The notes below the pieces were generated by a model. The model saw only the letters and a program-made list of their open reading frames with translations, had not been told where the DNA came from and did no database searches. The position numbers were made by a program, and so were the translations under genes. Of a DNA stretch of 64,000 nucleotides, positions 14,931 to 27,673 are shown piece by piece (position 1 is the first letter of the stretch; each line of letters begins with the position of its first letter). The stretch is from NCBI RefSeq assembly GCF_009914755.1, contig NC_060926.1. One strand, given 5' to 3'. Source of the DNA: the human T2T-CHM13v2.0 reference genome, Homo sapiens.

Positions 14931-15084
14931 AGCGATAACAATCTCCCCAGTAAATTTACACAATCTCTTGGACAGAAGAACTGGAAGCAAAATCCTGTGT
15001 AAAGGGAGAAACAACTCAGATAAAATATTGAAATTTTTAAGAGTTATATATTTACCCCAATAAGATAATGTTAACTATAAAGAG
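14931..15084 (+). repeat. 154-bp inverted repeat, right arm (probably the source)
   Basis: agcgataacaatctccccag...ttaactataaagag, the reverse complement of 12972-13125. Confidence 0.97.
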
Positions 15085-15109
15085 GCTGTCTTAAACTGGG
15101 AGGGTCTGT

Positions 15110-15215
15110 TCTTTCAACTGGACAGGTTACCTAATTTCTCAGTGCTTCAGTTTCCTGTAGGTAAAATTAAGATCATTGTATCCATATTTAAGGGAGTTTG
15201 ACAATAAGATTAGGT
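15110..15215 (+). mobile_element. MIR fragment
   Basis: ggacaggttacctaatttctcagtgcttcagtttcctg..gtaaaat matches the MIR core. Confidence 0.7.
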
Positions 15216-15751
15216 TGGTTCCTTATGGAAAATAAAGTTCCTTTTTTTCTTTCACCATATGGGAACTAAAGTGAATAAATTCTTCACTGTGTGTTTTGAG
15301 TATGATGAGAGAGTATGATTAATATGATCAAATCTGCATGATGAGTATGAACATGCACAGTTTTTTGTTTGATCCCCCTACAGGCTATGGATTAGCAAGG
15401 CTGAGTAGAGAGGGCGGATCAAGAGGAGTATACAAAGGCAAACAAGGCTGAGAAGGCCAAATTCAAAAGTAACGGGAAGTAGGCAAAGGCAGATGGTGAA
15501 AGGAATAGGCCAGTTGTTGAGCACATACATATTAGAATATAGGACTGAGTGCATATTCTATTCACATTGTAAATTAAATATTAATTTATTATAAAAAGAA
15601 TAGCTACTCACTGAAATATTTCAAATGTACAGAACACAAATAAGGCAAACTCACCCTACAATATAAATCATCTCGTCCCTCTTGTCCCATGGTTTATATG
15701 ATTGACTATTCTCATAAAAAGCATTGCAGAAGAAGCATTTGTGCCCTTTCA

Positions 15752-16105
<354 letters not shown>

Positions 16106-16162
16106 TTATATAATATCTCATAATTGACTTTTCATTTTTTTCAAAGAGATTTTTTATTTGAA

Positions 16163-16556
16163 GAGTGATGATTTTTTGATGTGTCAACTTGGCTAGCCTA
16201 CTGTCTTTAGTAATTGGATAAACACTACTTTTAATGTTTTTGTGAAGGTATCTTGTTGATGTGATTAAACTCCATAGTCAGTTGATGGGGAGAGTAGCCT
16301 GGATAATCAGGATGAGTCTGATTAGATCAGTAAAAAGGCCTCAAAAACAGGGATGAGGATTGCCTGATGAAAAGATTTTTTCCCTGTGCATAGCAGCTTT
16401 GCTTATATCCACAGTTCCAGTCAACCCTTCTGGATGGCCTACCCTAGAGATTTCAGACTTGCCTGCCTGGCTTGTCCCTAAATCACGTAAGCCAACTCCT
16501 TGCAATAAATCCCTTAGTATATATTTCCCATTGGTTCTGCTTCCCTGACTGATACA
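16163..16556 (+). mobile_element. MLT2 (old MLT2D/E/F-like) LTR
   Basis: gtgatg..tgtgtcaacttggctag start and attggttctgcttccctgactgataca end. Confidence 0.85.
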
Positions 16557-16576
16557 TGGAGGAAGTTGTACTTTAT

Positions 16577-16869
16577 TTATTTATTTATTTATCTTTTTTT
16601 TGAGACAGAGTCTTGCTCTGTCACTCAGGCTAGAGTGCAGTGGTGCGATCTTAGCTCACTGCAACCTCCACCTCTGGGTTCAAGCAATTCTCCTGCCTCA
16701 GCCTTCTGAGTACCTGGGATTACAGGCATGCCCAGCCAATTTTTGTACTTCTAGTAGATACAGGATTTCACCATGTTGGTCAGGCTGGTCTCGAACTCCT
16801 GACCTTGTGATCCACCCGCCTTGGCCTCCCAAAGTGCTGGGATTACAGGTGTGAGCCACCATGCCCGGC
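16577..16869 (-). mobile_element. AluS (AluSg-like)
   Basis: Antisense Alu with (TTTA)n tail. 16-bp TSD ggaagtt(g/t)tactttat at 16561-16576 and 16870-16885. Confidence 0.97.
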
Positions 16870-17046
16870 GGAAGTTTTACTTTATAGAAACAACATTGCC
16901 ACTGGATGTATTTTTGAAGTAGGAAATAAATGACCAAGAGACACTCTTCTGCCTTGCAAATGTATGAAGTGGATAGAAAAAAGGGGAAAAAGCCTGGAAA
17001 TGTCAGAGAAACAGAAATACTGAGGACTTGCCGCCATGCTTACCAA

Positions 17047-17083
17047 GGAGGATAAGAGAACATTTCTGGAGGATAAGAGAACA
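17047..17083 (+). repeat. 16-bp direct repeat ggaggataagagaaca x2
   Basis: 17047-17062 and 17068-17083, separated by tttct. Confidence 0.9.
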
Positions 17084-17353
17084 GCCAGGTGCAGTGGCTC
17101 ACACCTATAATCCCAGCACTTGAGAGTCTGAGATGGGTGGATTACTTGAGGTCAGGAGTTCGAGACCAGCCTGGCCAACATAGCGAAACCCTGTCTCTAC
17201 TAAATAATCTGTAATCTACTCAGGAGGCTGAGGCAAGAGAATCGCTTGAACTGGGAAGCAGAGGTTGCAGTGAGCCGAGATCACGCCACTGCGCTCCAGC
17301 CTGGGTGACAGAATGAGATTCTGTCTCCAAAACAAAATATAAACAAACAAAAA
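17083..17353 (+). mobile_element. AluS with an internal deletion after the A-rich linker
   Basis: Alu dimer lacking the attagccgggcgtggtggc segment. (AAAC)-type tail. Confidence 0.93.
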
Positions 17354-17707
<354 letters not shown>

Positions 17708-18329
17708 TCAGATTTAACGGGCCAGGGTAACTAAGAGCTGAGATTTTCCATATGGTCTGTAAGCCTATAATGTATTACAATCATGTTGCCTTATATCAGC
17801 TCAAAAGCTTTCCACATCCATTTGCAGCTGGACTGCTTGAATTGCCTCTCTCTTCTCACGCTAGGTACCTATTTCTGAAACAAGGCAGAACATTTTGCCC
17901 CTGAAAATGCAAATAAACTTCCCCCAGTAGAGGCCCCCACTCAGAAATGATAAATGGAGGCCTTGAAGTGTTTCCTCTAGTGAATTACATATTAGAATTA
18001 CACTTTCTATTTCTGGGAACTTTGCATTCTCACCTATTGCCTTGTTCAACATTTGCCGCCTCTGGCTGCAGAAACTGATTAGGAAGCAAGGCCAATTGGA
18101 TATTTGAAATGATACTTTATTGACTTTTTTTTTTTTAATAAGGGAGACAGCCAGCAGAGAAATGTGTAGCAGCACTCTATTTGCCTGTAGTTAGGGTCAT
18201 ATCTTGTTTTCTTTATTTCATAGTAGCAAGCTGTGAATACTCCATGCTTCCCTTTCAATTATACTCAGCTAAAATATATTGGGTGTTATTCATTTTAAAG
18301 GACTGAGGGAAAAGAAGCAACACCTGGTT

Positions 18330-18490
18330 GCAGGCACTTTGCTCATTGTTTGATAACCCTTAAGTATCATCAGAAAGAATTCTCCAGGATAAACATCAAC
18401 ATAGATGAGGACATCACGGCCACAGAGATAAAGTGTGATATCCAAGGTGGCAAAGACATTTTAACTAAGGCCTGACCTCCTGTTGTTCTA
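18330..18490 (-). mobile_element. Degenerate MIR
   Basis: atagatgaggacatcacggccacagagataaagtgtgatatccaaggt resembles the antisense MIR core. Confidence 0.45.
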
Positions 18491-18934
18491 CCATCTTATC
18501 ACTTTAAGTAATGCATATATTCTCTAAGAGTCACATTTAAATTAAGCCCATTTTACTACATAAGCTTTTAAATAATCTGATAAAATAATTATATCCTGAA
18601 AACTCCTTTTATAGAACAAATGCCATCCTTATTGGCCTCATACATCTCCTTTTCCATTTATCTTTTCTTTTTAATTTTAAGAAAACTATAAAAGAATCTT
18701 TCCTGCCTCAGATATCCCCTCCATTAGCTGTACCTCCTAAGGTCTGGTAAGTACAAGTAAAAGGAACATTTGCTGGAGCTAAATGAAAGTAGTGGCCACA
18801 TCTCTCACGTGTTTGTGTACCATCTACAGAGGAGTTTCCTACTAGTAAGGACAGTTTGATCACTCCTAGACATGGAGTACTTAAACCAAATACACTTTGT
18901 ATATACATAACTCCTCTCCTCCTCCTATACTTAC

Positions 18935-18958
18935 AACCCGAGGTAGTCATTACGATAT
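18935..18958 (-). other. Candidate 24-nt microexon
   Basis: Minus strand: long pyrimidine tract tctatttatttttcttttag|ATATCGTAATGACTACCTCGGGTT|gtaagt. Frame-preserving length and two retained CpGs. Confidence 0.35.
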
Positions 18959-20609
18959 CTAAAAGAAAAATAAATAGAAGAGGAGAATAAAAACAACAAT
19001 TTTAGGAATGACTATGTGAATTGTCTCCTAACTTTATTTGATTAATTTAGCTTTTTTATAAATTTCTAGACAATGAGAACCCAATCTACTTATATTTAGC
19101 AAGTCTGCATAATCACCCAAAAATTATATATTAGAAAGCGTCTTTCTTTAAAACAGGAAGTGTTAGCTCAAACGAGATAAGATGTGAACAAATAATCATA
19201 ATGGCATAATACTTAAATATATTTTATATATAAATAAGGTAAATCTAAATTTCTTATCCATCTATGCGCATGTTTAGATCAATATATACTTGACTTCTTT
19301 TTATAGCTTTGGTATACAAATTGTTTAATGTAAGAAAGAATTGAAAGTACTATTTTTCCTTTTGATGTTTTTGAAATCTAGTTTCAATTTCAAATATTTA
19401 ATTTCTGTTGTGTGATGAAAAATAGGTCCCCCAAAGAAAAATTTTTTTTGTTTTTTTTTTCAAAAGTACATTTCACTTAACCATGTAATGCTAAGCTCTT
19501 GATTGCTTTTTTTTTTTTTTTTTTGTCTTTGTTCTTTATCTGACTGTGAGCTGGTGAAAAGAGAACAGTCAGGGAATAAAGACTTCTTTGATACCAGCAG
19601 GACTCCTAAGGGTTCTTTTGTTTGCTAATGGCTGGGATTTTCTCATTTACATCCTTTCAGGGAAGAAACCATGTAGCTGCCATATCATATCTGTGTCTGG
19701 ATAACCTTTTGCACTAGACTGCTCTGTATGGATGGATTAACGCATGATGGCTATTGACTCAGACTTCTACAGCATTCCTCTGAGCAGAAGGCAGAAACCA
19801 ACCTTTTGCATTTCTGGTGATAACATCAGCAACCAGGCCAATTTCAAGAATCATTAGATTTTCATTATGATAAGAAATATAAACATCATTCTTTCCTGAA
19901 GTTAAATTTTGAATTACTAATAGTTCAGAAGTACAGCTGAAGGTTTACCACAACTCAGAAAACTTTCTAACTAAAGAGGAAAATATAATTGTTAAAGTTT
20001 AAAGCCCTTTAAGAAGTTTAAGTTCTTTGATGAAGTGTAACTTGCACATAATAAACAATTGGTATGTCACATTATTATTCTTCTTTCATGAAAGCAAGTT
20101 CTAATGAACTTTAAGGTACAGGAATATTTTAGTCTAATTTTACAATGGATTTGTGTTTGAATGTGGTAATGCATAATTTCATTAAATATTTTAAATTCTG
20201 ATTATTTTCATTTAGCCCATTACTTCAGTTTCTAAAGAAAAAAAATGAAATATCTTGTAACAGAAATGTAGTGAATTTGAATCTCTAGTCTCAAATCTCA
20301 CACATTGGAAGGCCCCAATCTGCTGTACACTTCACAGTGCTATATGAAAAACTTCTTGAATGAAATATGGAAACTCAATTTTTAGACTTGTTATAGAGAG
20401 TCAGAATATAGCTACACTAACAAATGGATAGTACTGAGTTTTACAAAATGGAATTTATTCAGGAACATACTATTGGATACTAAGCTTGTCACTGCTCTAC
20501 AAAAAAAAAAAAAAAAAAAAAAATATAAGAAGAAGACAGAGTGTATTGACCCTGCTTACTGATATCTTTGCCATTGTTAAGCCCTGGAAGGCCTTAATGC
20601 CAGGTATGC

Positions 20610-20862
20610 AACATTGTGTAGTATCTAAGAGTACTACCTCTTCAGTCAGAATCATGAGGTTTTAATCACAAATTTCTAACTTTCTATGTGACCTCAGGAA
20701 GGTTATAAACCTTTTCTAAGCCTCAGTGACTACACCAGTGAAATAATACTATAAATCTCATGGAAGGAGCTGCTGTGAAGATACAATGAGGAAATAAATT
20801 TAAATCCTTAGCACAATACCTGGCACACAGTAATTGCTTAAAATGGTTAGCTTGTATTATTA
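20610..20862 (+). mobile_element. MIR (near full length)
   Basis: tgtgacctcaggaagg..aaccttttctaagcctcagt..gctgtgaagatacaatgag..cttagcacaatacctggcacacagtaa. Confidence 0.9.
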
Positions 20863-21586
20863 ACACTGCTAACCAAGTGATAAAAATTACATCAGTTGCA
20901 GATAAAGCCAATTTCTTGTTTCAGATATATCTAAATCCATTTTAAGACAGACTAAACTTGGTTATAATAACATATTATTATATTAATGATACTTATTATG
21001 TAGCAATAGATAACTGAACCAGAAAATTTTTATCAAAAGTGAGGCTCCAATATAATAAAAATTTTAAAACATGTAGCACTGGCTTTAGTACTGGGTAATG
21101 GGAAAAGGTTAGAAAAATGGCAAAGAGGCTGTGGGTGAAGGTTGAAAGAATGTCAAACAAAATGTTAGTGGAGGCTCGAAAGGAAGCAAATAAATTATTA
21201 TTGGAGGCTGAAAAAAATGGTGACCTGTGTTTTTTGATAGCAAAATAGTTGGAAAATTTATCTCCTAGGTTACTTGGAAAACATAAAATATACTTAATGA
21301 ACTTATGAATCTAAGGATGTGTCTAGGATAGATATTATAAATGTGCTTCTTTTTGCTGTATGTAACAAGGTACAGGAAGAGAAAGATGAAGAAAGGTAGA
21401 AATTTTCAGTTTATAAGTAGTATTAATAAAAAAAATAGAAGGCACAGAACTCTTTTGGTTTGGAAAAATAAAAAATAAAAACCTTAATATTCTCTAGTGT
21501 CTCCAGCTAGCCAAAGATTCTCAAAGTAAGAAATGGCCTCACAATAAGAATTAAATCTAGTGTAGTTGTATGATCCTCTGCTAATA

Positions 21587-21666
21587 TTAGGTTGGTGCAA
21601 AAGTAATTGTGGCTTTTGACATTAAAAGTATTGGCAAAAACCACAGTAACTTTTGCACCAACATAA
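21587..21666. mobile_element. MADE1 (Hsmar1-derived MITE, 80-bp hairpin)
   Basis: ttaggttggtgcaaaagtaattg...acttttgcaccaacataa with TA TSDs at 21585-86 and 21667-68. Confidence 0.95.
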
Positions 21667-22339
21667 TACTTTAGAAAGATTTATGGAGGTACCTAGCAGA
21701 TCCCATCAGCTACACAAAAAGGTTTCTAAGAATCGTACATGTGTTGTCCCTCTAACCCTCTACCAAATTCGACAGAATAATCTATTTTTAAAAAATCATA
21801 GATCTGACATTTGGGGCATGATATAAACACAAATTACACACTCTCAATGTTTTTAAGGTAGTAACATAACGAACAAAAAGCCAGAGGTAGTTCAAAATGA
21901 AAAAATATCTCTATGCATGCAATTTTCTATGACAATGAAGCAGCCTGAGAAGGTCAAGTAGATACTCTGCTCAAACACTGGTCATTTCTTAAAGAAAAGA
22001 AATGGTATCTCTCAGCGTAGAGCCATGAGTGAAGTCAACAACAACGAAGATGCTGAGAATTCCATGTCCAAGGAACAGAAGCAGACTAACCAAGGATCAT
22101 TTTCTGTCCATGGATTGGGGAGTACTGAGAAAATATACCAAACTATTTTCAGAATTGTTATGGACTGGTGATTGACTTCGAAGTTTCGAATTTTTGAATG
22201 GGAGCTTCTATTACTGTTATCCTGTATGTGTCTCACCATTATATGCTTGGAGCATGAAGGTATATAACTCAGTTTTTCAGTTTGTGGGTCCCTGGAACAA
22301 TAAGAAGCCACTAAAGGAACTGCAGGCAAGAAACTTCTC

Positions 22340-22470
22340 TGTATCTATCTATCTATGTATCTATCTATCTATCTATCTAGCCTTATCTATCTATTGCCTT
22401 ATCTATATGTATAGCCATATATATGTATATAATCAGTGATATATATATATCAGTGATGTATATATCAGTG
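22340..22470. repeat. (TCTA)n microsatellite followed by three degenerate atatcagtga units
   Basis: Read directly. Confidence 0.85.
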
Positions 22471-23047
22471 AGAACTATACAGATAACAAGACCACGAACT
22501 TGAAGACGAATGCTAGGAACTTGTAAGATGTTGGGGGTGCAGAGAGAGTATGACCATATTTTACAGACAGAGGAGGGACATGCATCAGTGGAGTCACAGA
22601 ACACACCAGGATTAAGTGTTACATTAATGGGCTGCAATGACTCACTTCTGTCATCTACACATTAAGACATCAAGATAATGCTTTTTCAAATTGACTCTGG
22701 ACTTGCCCATGTGACATATTTTGGTCAAAGGGACACCAATACACATGATGCAAGCAAAAACGTGATAAGTGATTATACATCTAGGCTTGTCAGTTGGCAT
22801 TTTGTGAAGAAAAGGTCACACTATTTGTACTATATGTGAAAGACCACATAGAGAAAGATCTCCAGTTATCCCAACCAGGTCCCATCTTTAACCAGACTGC
22901 CAGCTGAATGCAACTGCATGAGTTTACCTTGGGGAGGTTAGCAAAAGAAAGTTTCAATCCATAACATCAAGAAAAACATATGCTTTTGGAGCCTCTAAAT
23001 TTTGAAAGTGGTTATTTAGCAATAGATAATGCAATTACTAATGCCAT

Positions 23048-23250
23048 AAATTTTTAATATGTATTCAAGGTGCACAACATGATGATTTCATATACACATA
23101 CATTGTTTAATGATTGCCACACCCAAATTAATTATGGTATCTATCACCACTCATGCTGTATCTTAGCTCCCTAGAATTTGTTCACCTTATAACTGAAAGT
23201 TTGTGCCCTTTGATCAACATATCCCCTTTTCCTCCACCTCCAAGACCACC
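23048..23250 (-). mobile_element. L1MA9/10-like 3' end, left part
   Basis: ttcaaggtgcacaacatgatgattt..cttataactgaaagtttgtgccctttgatcaacat. Confidence 0.85.
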
Positions 23251-25504
23251 TGTATGAGTCCATTTCATGCTGCTGATAAAGACATACCCGAGACTGGGAA
23301 GAAAAAGAGGTTTAATTGGACTTAAAGTTCCACATGGCTGGGGAGGCCTCAGAATCATGGCCAGAGGTGAAAGTACTTCTTACATGGTGGCGGCAAGAGA
23401 AAATGAGGAAGATGCAAAAGAGAAAACCCCTGATAAAACCATCAGATCTCTTGAGTCTTATTCACTACCATGGGAACAGTATGAGGAAAACCTCCTCCAT
23501 GATTCAAATTATCTCCCACCAGGTCCCTCCTACAACATGTGGGAATTATGGGAGTATAAATCAAAATGAGATTTGGATGGGGACACAGAGCCAAACCATA
23601 TCATTCTTCCCCCTGCCCCTCCAAATCCCATGTCCTTGAATTTCAAAACCAATAATGCCTTCCCATCAGTCCCCCAAAGTCTTAACTCATTTCAGCATTA
23701 ACCCAAAAGTCCACAGTTGAAAGTTTCATCTGAGACAAGGCAAGTCCCTTCCACCTATGAGCCTGTAAAATCGAAAGCAAGCTAATTACTTCCTAGATAC
23801 AATGGAGGTACAGATATTAGGTAAATATAGCCATTCCAAATGGGAGAAATTGTCCAAAACAAAGGGGCTACAGGCACCATGCAAGTTTGAAATCCAGCAG
23901 GGCAATCAAATATTAAAGGTCCAAAATGATCTCCTTTGACTGCAGGTTTCATATCCAGGTCATGCTGATGTAAGAAATGGGTTCCCATGGTCTTGGGCAG
24001 CTCTGCCCCTGTGGCTTTGCAGGGTACAGTCTCCCTCCTGGCTGCTTTTATGGGCTGGCATTGAGTGTCTGTGGCTTTTCAAGGCTCGCGTTGTAAGCTG
24101 TAGTTGGATCTACGATTCTGGGGTCTGGAGGATGGTGGCTCTCTTCTCACAGCTCCACTAGGCAGTCCCCAGTAGGGACTCTGTGTGAGGGCTCCAACCC
24201 CACATTTCCCTTCTGCACTGCCCTAGCAAAGGTTCTGCATGAGAGCCCTGCTCCTGCAGCAAACTTCTGCCTGGACATCCAGGCATTTCCATACATCTTC
24301 TGAAATCTAGGCAGAGGTTCCCTAACCCCAATTCTTGACTTCTGTGTACCTGCAGGCTCAACACCATGTGGAAGCTGCCAGGGCTTGGGGTTTGCACCCT
24401 TTGAAGCCACAGCCCAAGCTCTATGTTGGCCCCTTTCAGCCAAGGCTGGAGTGGCTGAGATGCAGGGCACCATGTCCCTAGACTGCACACAGCACAGGGA
24501 CCCTGGCCCTGACCATGAAACCATTTTTTCCTCCTAGATCTCTGGGTCTGTGATGGGAGAGGCTGCCGCAAAGGTCTCTTGATACCCTGGAGACATTTTT
24601 CCCATTGCCTTGGGGATTAACTAACATTCAGCACTGTGTCACTTATGTAAATACCTGCAGCTGGCTTGAATATTTCCTCAGAAAATGGAATTTTCTTTTC
24701 TACCACATTGTCAGGCTGCAAATTTTCTCAACTTTTATGCTCTGCTTCCCTTTTAATACTGAATGTTTTTAACAGCACCCAAGTAACCTCTTGAATGCTT
24801 TGCTGCTTAGAAATTTCTTCTGCCAGGTACCCTGAATCATCTCTCTCAAAGTTCCACAAATCTCTTGGTCAGGGGCACAATGCTGCCAGTTTCTTTGATA
24901 AAACATAACAAGAGTCACCTTTGCTTCATGTCCCAACAAGTTTCTCATCTCCATTTGAGGCCACCTCAACCAGCATTTTGGTCAAAGCCACTCAACAAGG
25001 CTCTAGGGAGTTGCAAACTTTCCCACATCTTCCTGTCTTCTTTTGGGCCCTCCAAACTGTTCCAACCTCTGCCTGTTATCCAGTTCCAAAGTCACTTCCA
25101 CATTTTCAGGTATCTTTTCAGCAATGCCCCACTCTAGTGGTACCAATTTACTGTATTAGTCTGTTCTCATGCTGCTGATAAAGACGTACCCAAGACTGGG
25201 AAGGAAAAAAAAAGATTAATTGGACTTACAGTTCCACATGGCTGGGGAGGCCTCAGTATCATGATCGGGCGCAAAAGTGCTTTTTACATGGCAGTGGCAA
25301 GAGAAAATGAGGGAAAAGCAAAAAGGGAGACCCCTGATAAAACCATCAGATCTCATGAGACTTACTCATTACCACAAGAACAGTATTGGGGAAACCACTC
25401 CTGTGATTCAAATTATCCCACTGGTCCCTCCCACAACACATGGTAATTACGGGAATACAATTCCAAATGAGATTTGGGTGGGGGCACAGAGCCAAACCAT
25501 ATCA
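23251..25504 (-). mobile_element. Full-length THE1 (THE1A/B-like) provirus: LTRs 23251-23603 and 25152-25504, internal 23604-25151
   Basis: Two tgtat..ccaaaccatatca LTRs around a THE1 internal sequence. Degenerate TSD ccacc/ccatg. Interrupts an L1MA. Confidence 0.95.
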
Positions 25505-25693
25505 CCATGGTAACCACTGTTCTACTCTTTGTTTCTATAAGTTTGACTTTTTAGATTCCACATGTAAGTGAGATTATACAGTATTTGTCCTTCTGTGTCT
25601 GGCTTATTTCCTTTAGCATAATATCCTCCAAATTCATCAATGTTGTCACAATTGGCAGAATTTCATTCTGTATTATGGCTGAATAATATTCCA
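25505..25693 (-). mobile_element. L1MA9/10-like, right part
   Basis: ggtaaccactgttctactc..ttagattccacatgtaagtgagattatacagtatttgtc continues the L1 from 23250. Confidence 0.9.
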
Positions 25694-27451
25694 GCATCCT
25701 ACCTCACACATGCATGTCATTGGTTGCAAAGGGTCTAGAATTAAAAAAAAAAAAAAGGAAAATTCAAGTTCTAAAGAAAAAAACAACAGAGAGGAAAAGG
25801 GAAAAATCACATTTTTTTTTGTTACTAATGAATTGGAAAACCACAAGTAAGCCTTATAATCTCTTCTCTTTTTGTTTTTATAGTATTTTTTCCTTAGGGA
25901 TAATAAAACTTATTTTACTCACTTAACACTTTTCCAGTTTCAGAATGGAACAAAATTACATGTATGAACCACTCTGAAAATATAAAACACTTTCAAATTT
26001 AATATGCTTGTAAAAGTATATAGTAGGAATTCTATTATTGGAAACACATTTTAAACACTGAATCTAGTACACTGTTTCTCTAAGGATGTCTGGAAAGCCA
26101 ATAAGGATTATATCTTGTTGGAAATGTAGGACACTTCTTAATTGATAATGTGGATAATATTTTCAAAATATTTCCAATAGTCAACAATTTGAGAAATTAT
26201 TAGTTTTTTGTTTCAAATACGGTGAAAAAGAATCTTGATCTATATTTTTGTAATTTTAAAACTTTCAACAAGTCAAAGCATTTATATTTTCATACTTCAA
26301 ATTGTGATAAAAATCAGTACGTTCATAATTAGTGGGAATTTATATCACTCATTCTAAAAGTTAAGAATCATAACATAATAGGATCCGTAATACTTTAGTT
26401 TCCAGGTAAAATCCATGACATGTCAAGAGATCACATATATTTAGCTGGAAAAATATGGTGAGCTCTTTCAAATACAGGCTGTTGATAATCCTTTCAAATA
26501 ATCTCTTTGAAAAAGGTTGATTTACGACTACAAAATCTAGATACCCTCTTTTGCTGTTTATCACAATATCTGATCTTTCCTACTTGAATAGTACTAGGTC
26601 CTTCTATTCCTAATGAGCACAGGAAAAATCTTGGAGGAGGTCTTGGGTATGCTGAGATGTAAGAGAATTCTTGTCCCTGCTCCCTGGTGGGTGGGTGGGC
26701 ATTAACCTCTTCTGGTTTCCTGCAACACATTTCTTAGAAATGGCAAAGATTCTTATTCCTCTTCAGTCTTCTCTCTCTTATTAATAGTCTTGATCTGTGT
26801 TCCTTCCCTTTCAATAATCATCATCCAAATAAATAAGATCAATATTCTGTTTTTCCTCTCAGTTGTACAATAGCTTAGTAAGTGACTAAAGAAAAAGGAC
26901 AAGGCTGGTAGAAGCAGTGATGACAAAAACAAAAATGTAGAATATTTCTGGAGCCTCAAGAAGACTGTTGGCTTAGAGAGAAGCACTATTATGAATCTTT
27001 AGCCACATCCACTCCACCCTACTGACTACACAAGTTGTATAATTTTTTTATCCTTTTATTCCTCATTTTAAATGCCATTTTATCAACAGTTATTTCCACA
27101 TATACTCAGCAGGAGATCCTAGTTCAGTCAGTATTTCAAAGAGATTGAAGTCAATGACCGCTCCTCAAAAATATTGATAAATTATCTTGCTAAATAAACA
27201 AGTCATGGGACACGATTGCACATGTTTCCTACTTGAATCAAAATAAAGCATGTGCAATGGGGGAACAATGAATTCATAGCTCTAAAATAAAGTCACGCAT
27301 TATAAACGTTGACTAAAACAAAATGTTATTTTCTTTGCCTTGGGTAAGTAATTTTACTAGGGACTAAATGAAACCAGACCACATTCTTTGGAATGCTTTG
27401 TAGTAATTAGCATTACAAGAAAAAAATATTTTGATTTATTACAGTGAGGAA

Positions 27452-27673
27452 AATAATAGCTAGCATTTATGTTGCAGGGGCCATTTGAAGCACTTTACAT
27501 GCATCATGTCAATCAATCCTCATGAAAACCCCAGAAGGTAGATATTATATTTCCTAACTCAACAGATAAAAGAAATGAGGCTCAGAAAAGTTAAAATCCT
27601 TGTGCAACTTGGAAGGTAGAGCTCAGAATCAAGTACATGCTGCCAGATCCTAAATGCTTGGTTTTTAACCCAC
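27452..27673 (-). mobile_element. MIR
   Basis: aataatagctagcatttat..cactttacatgcatc..aatcctcatga..acagataaaagaaatgaggctcagaaaagttaa. Confidence 0.85.

Larger units (their letters stand above)
20890..23037 (+). mobile_element. Old MLT1 (F/G/H-like) MaLR: partial 5' LTR to about 21020, internal region, 3' LTR about 22590-23037
   Basis: The LTR end motif tagcaatagataa occurs twice (about 21001 and 23017). Internal start aaaacatgtagcactggctttagtactggg. LTR motifs tgactctggacttgcccatgtgac and ctgccagctgaatgcaactgcatgagt. Confidence 0.75.

Noticed and set aside
12766-15743. 15-bp direct match gaagaagcatttgtg at 12766-12780 and 15729-15743 flanking the inverted repeat
   Set aside because: A few 15-mer matches are expected by chance in 64 kb of AT-rich DNA, and there is no structural link.
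20501-20523. Orphan A23 run as a retrocopy tail
   Set aside because: No upstream poly(A) signal, TSD or recognisable donor sequence.
23267-25513. ORFs up to 137 aa
   Set aside because: All lie within the THE1 provirus, and there is no intact coding frame.
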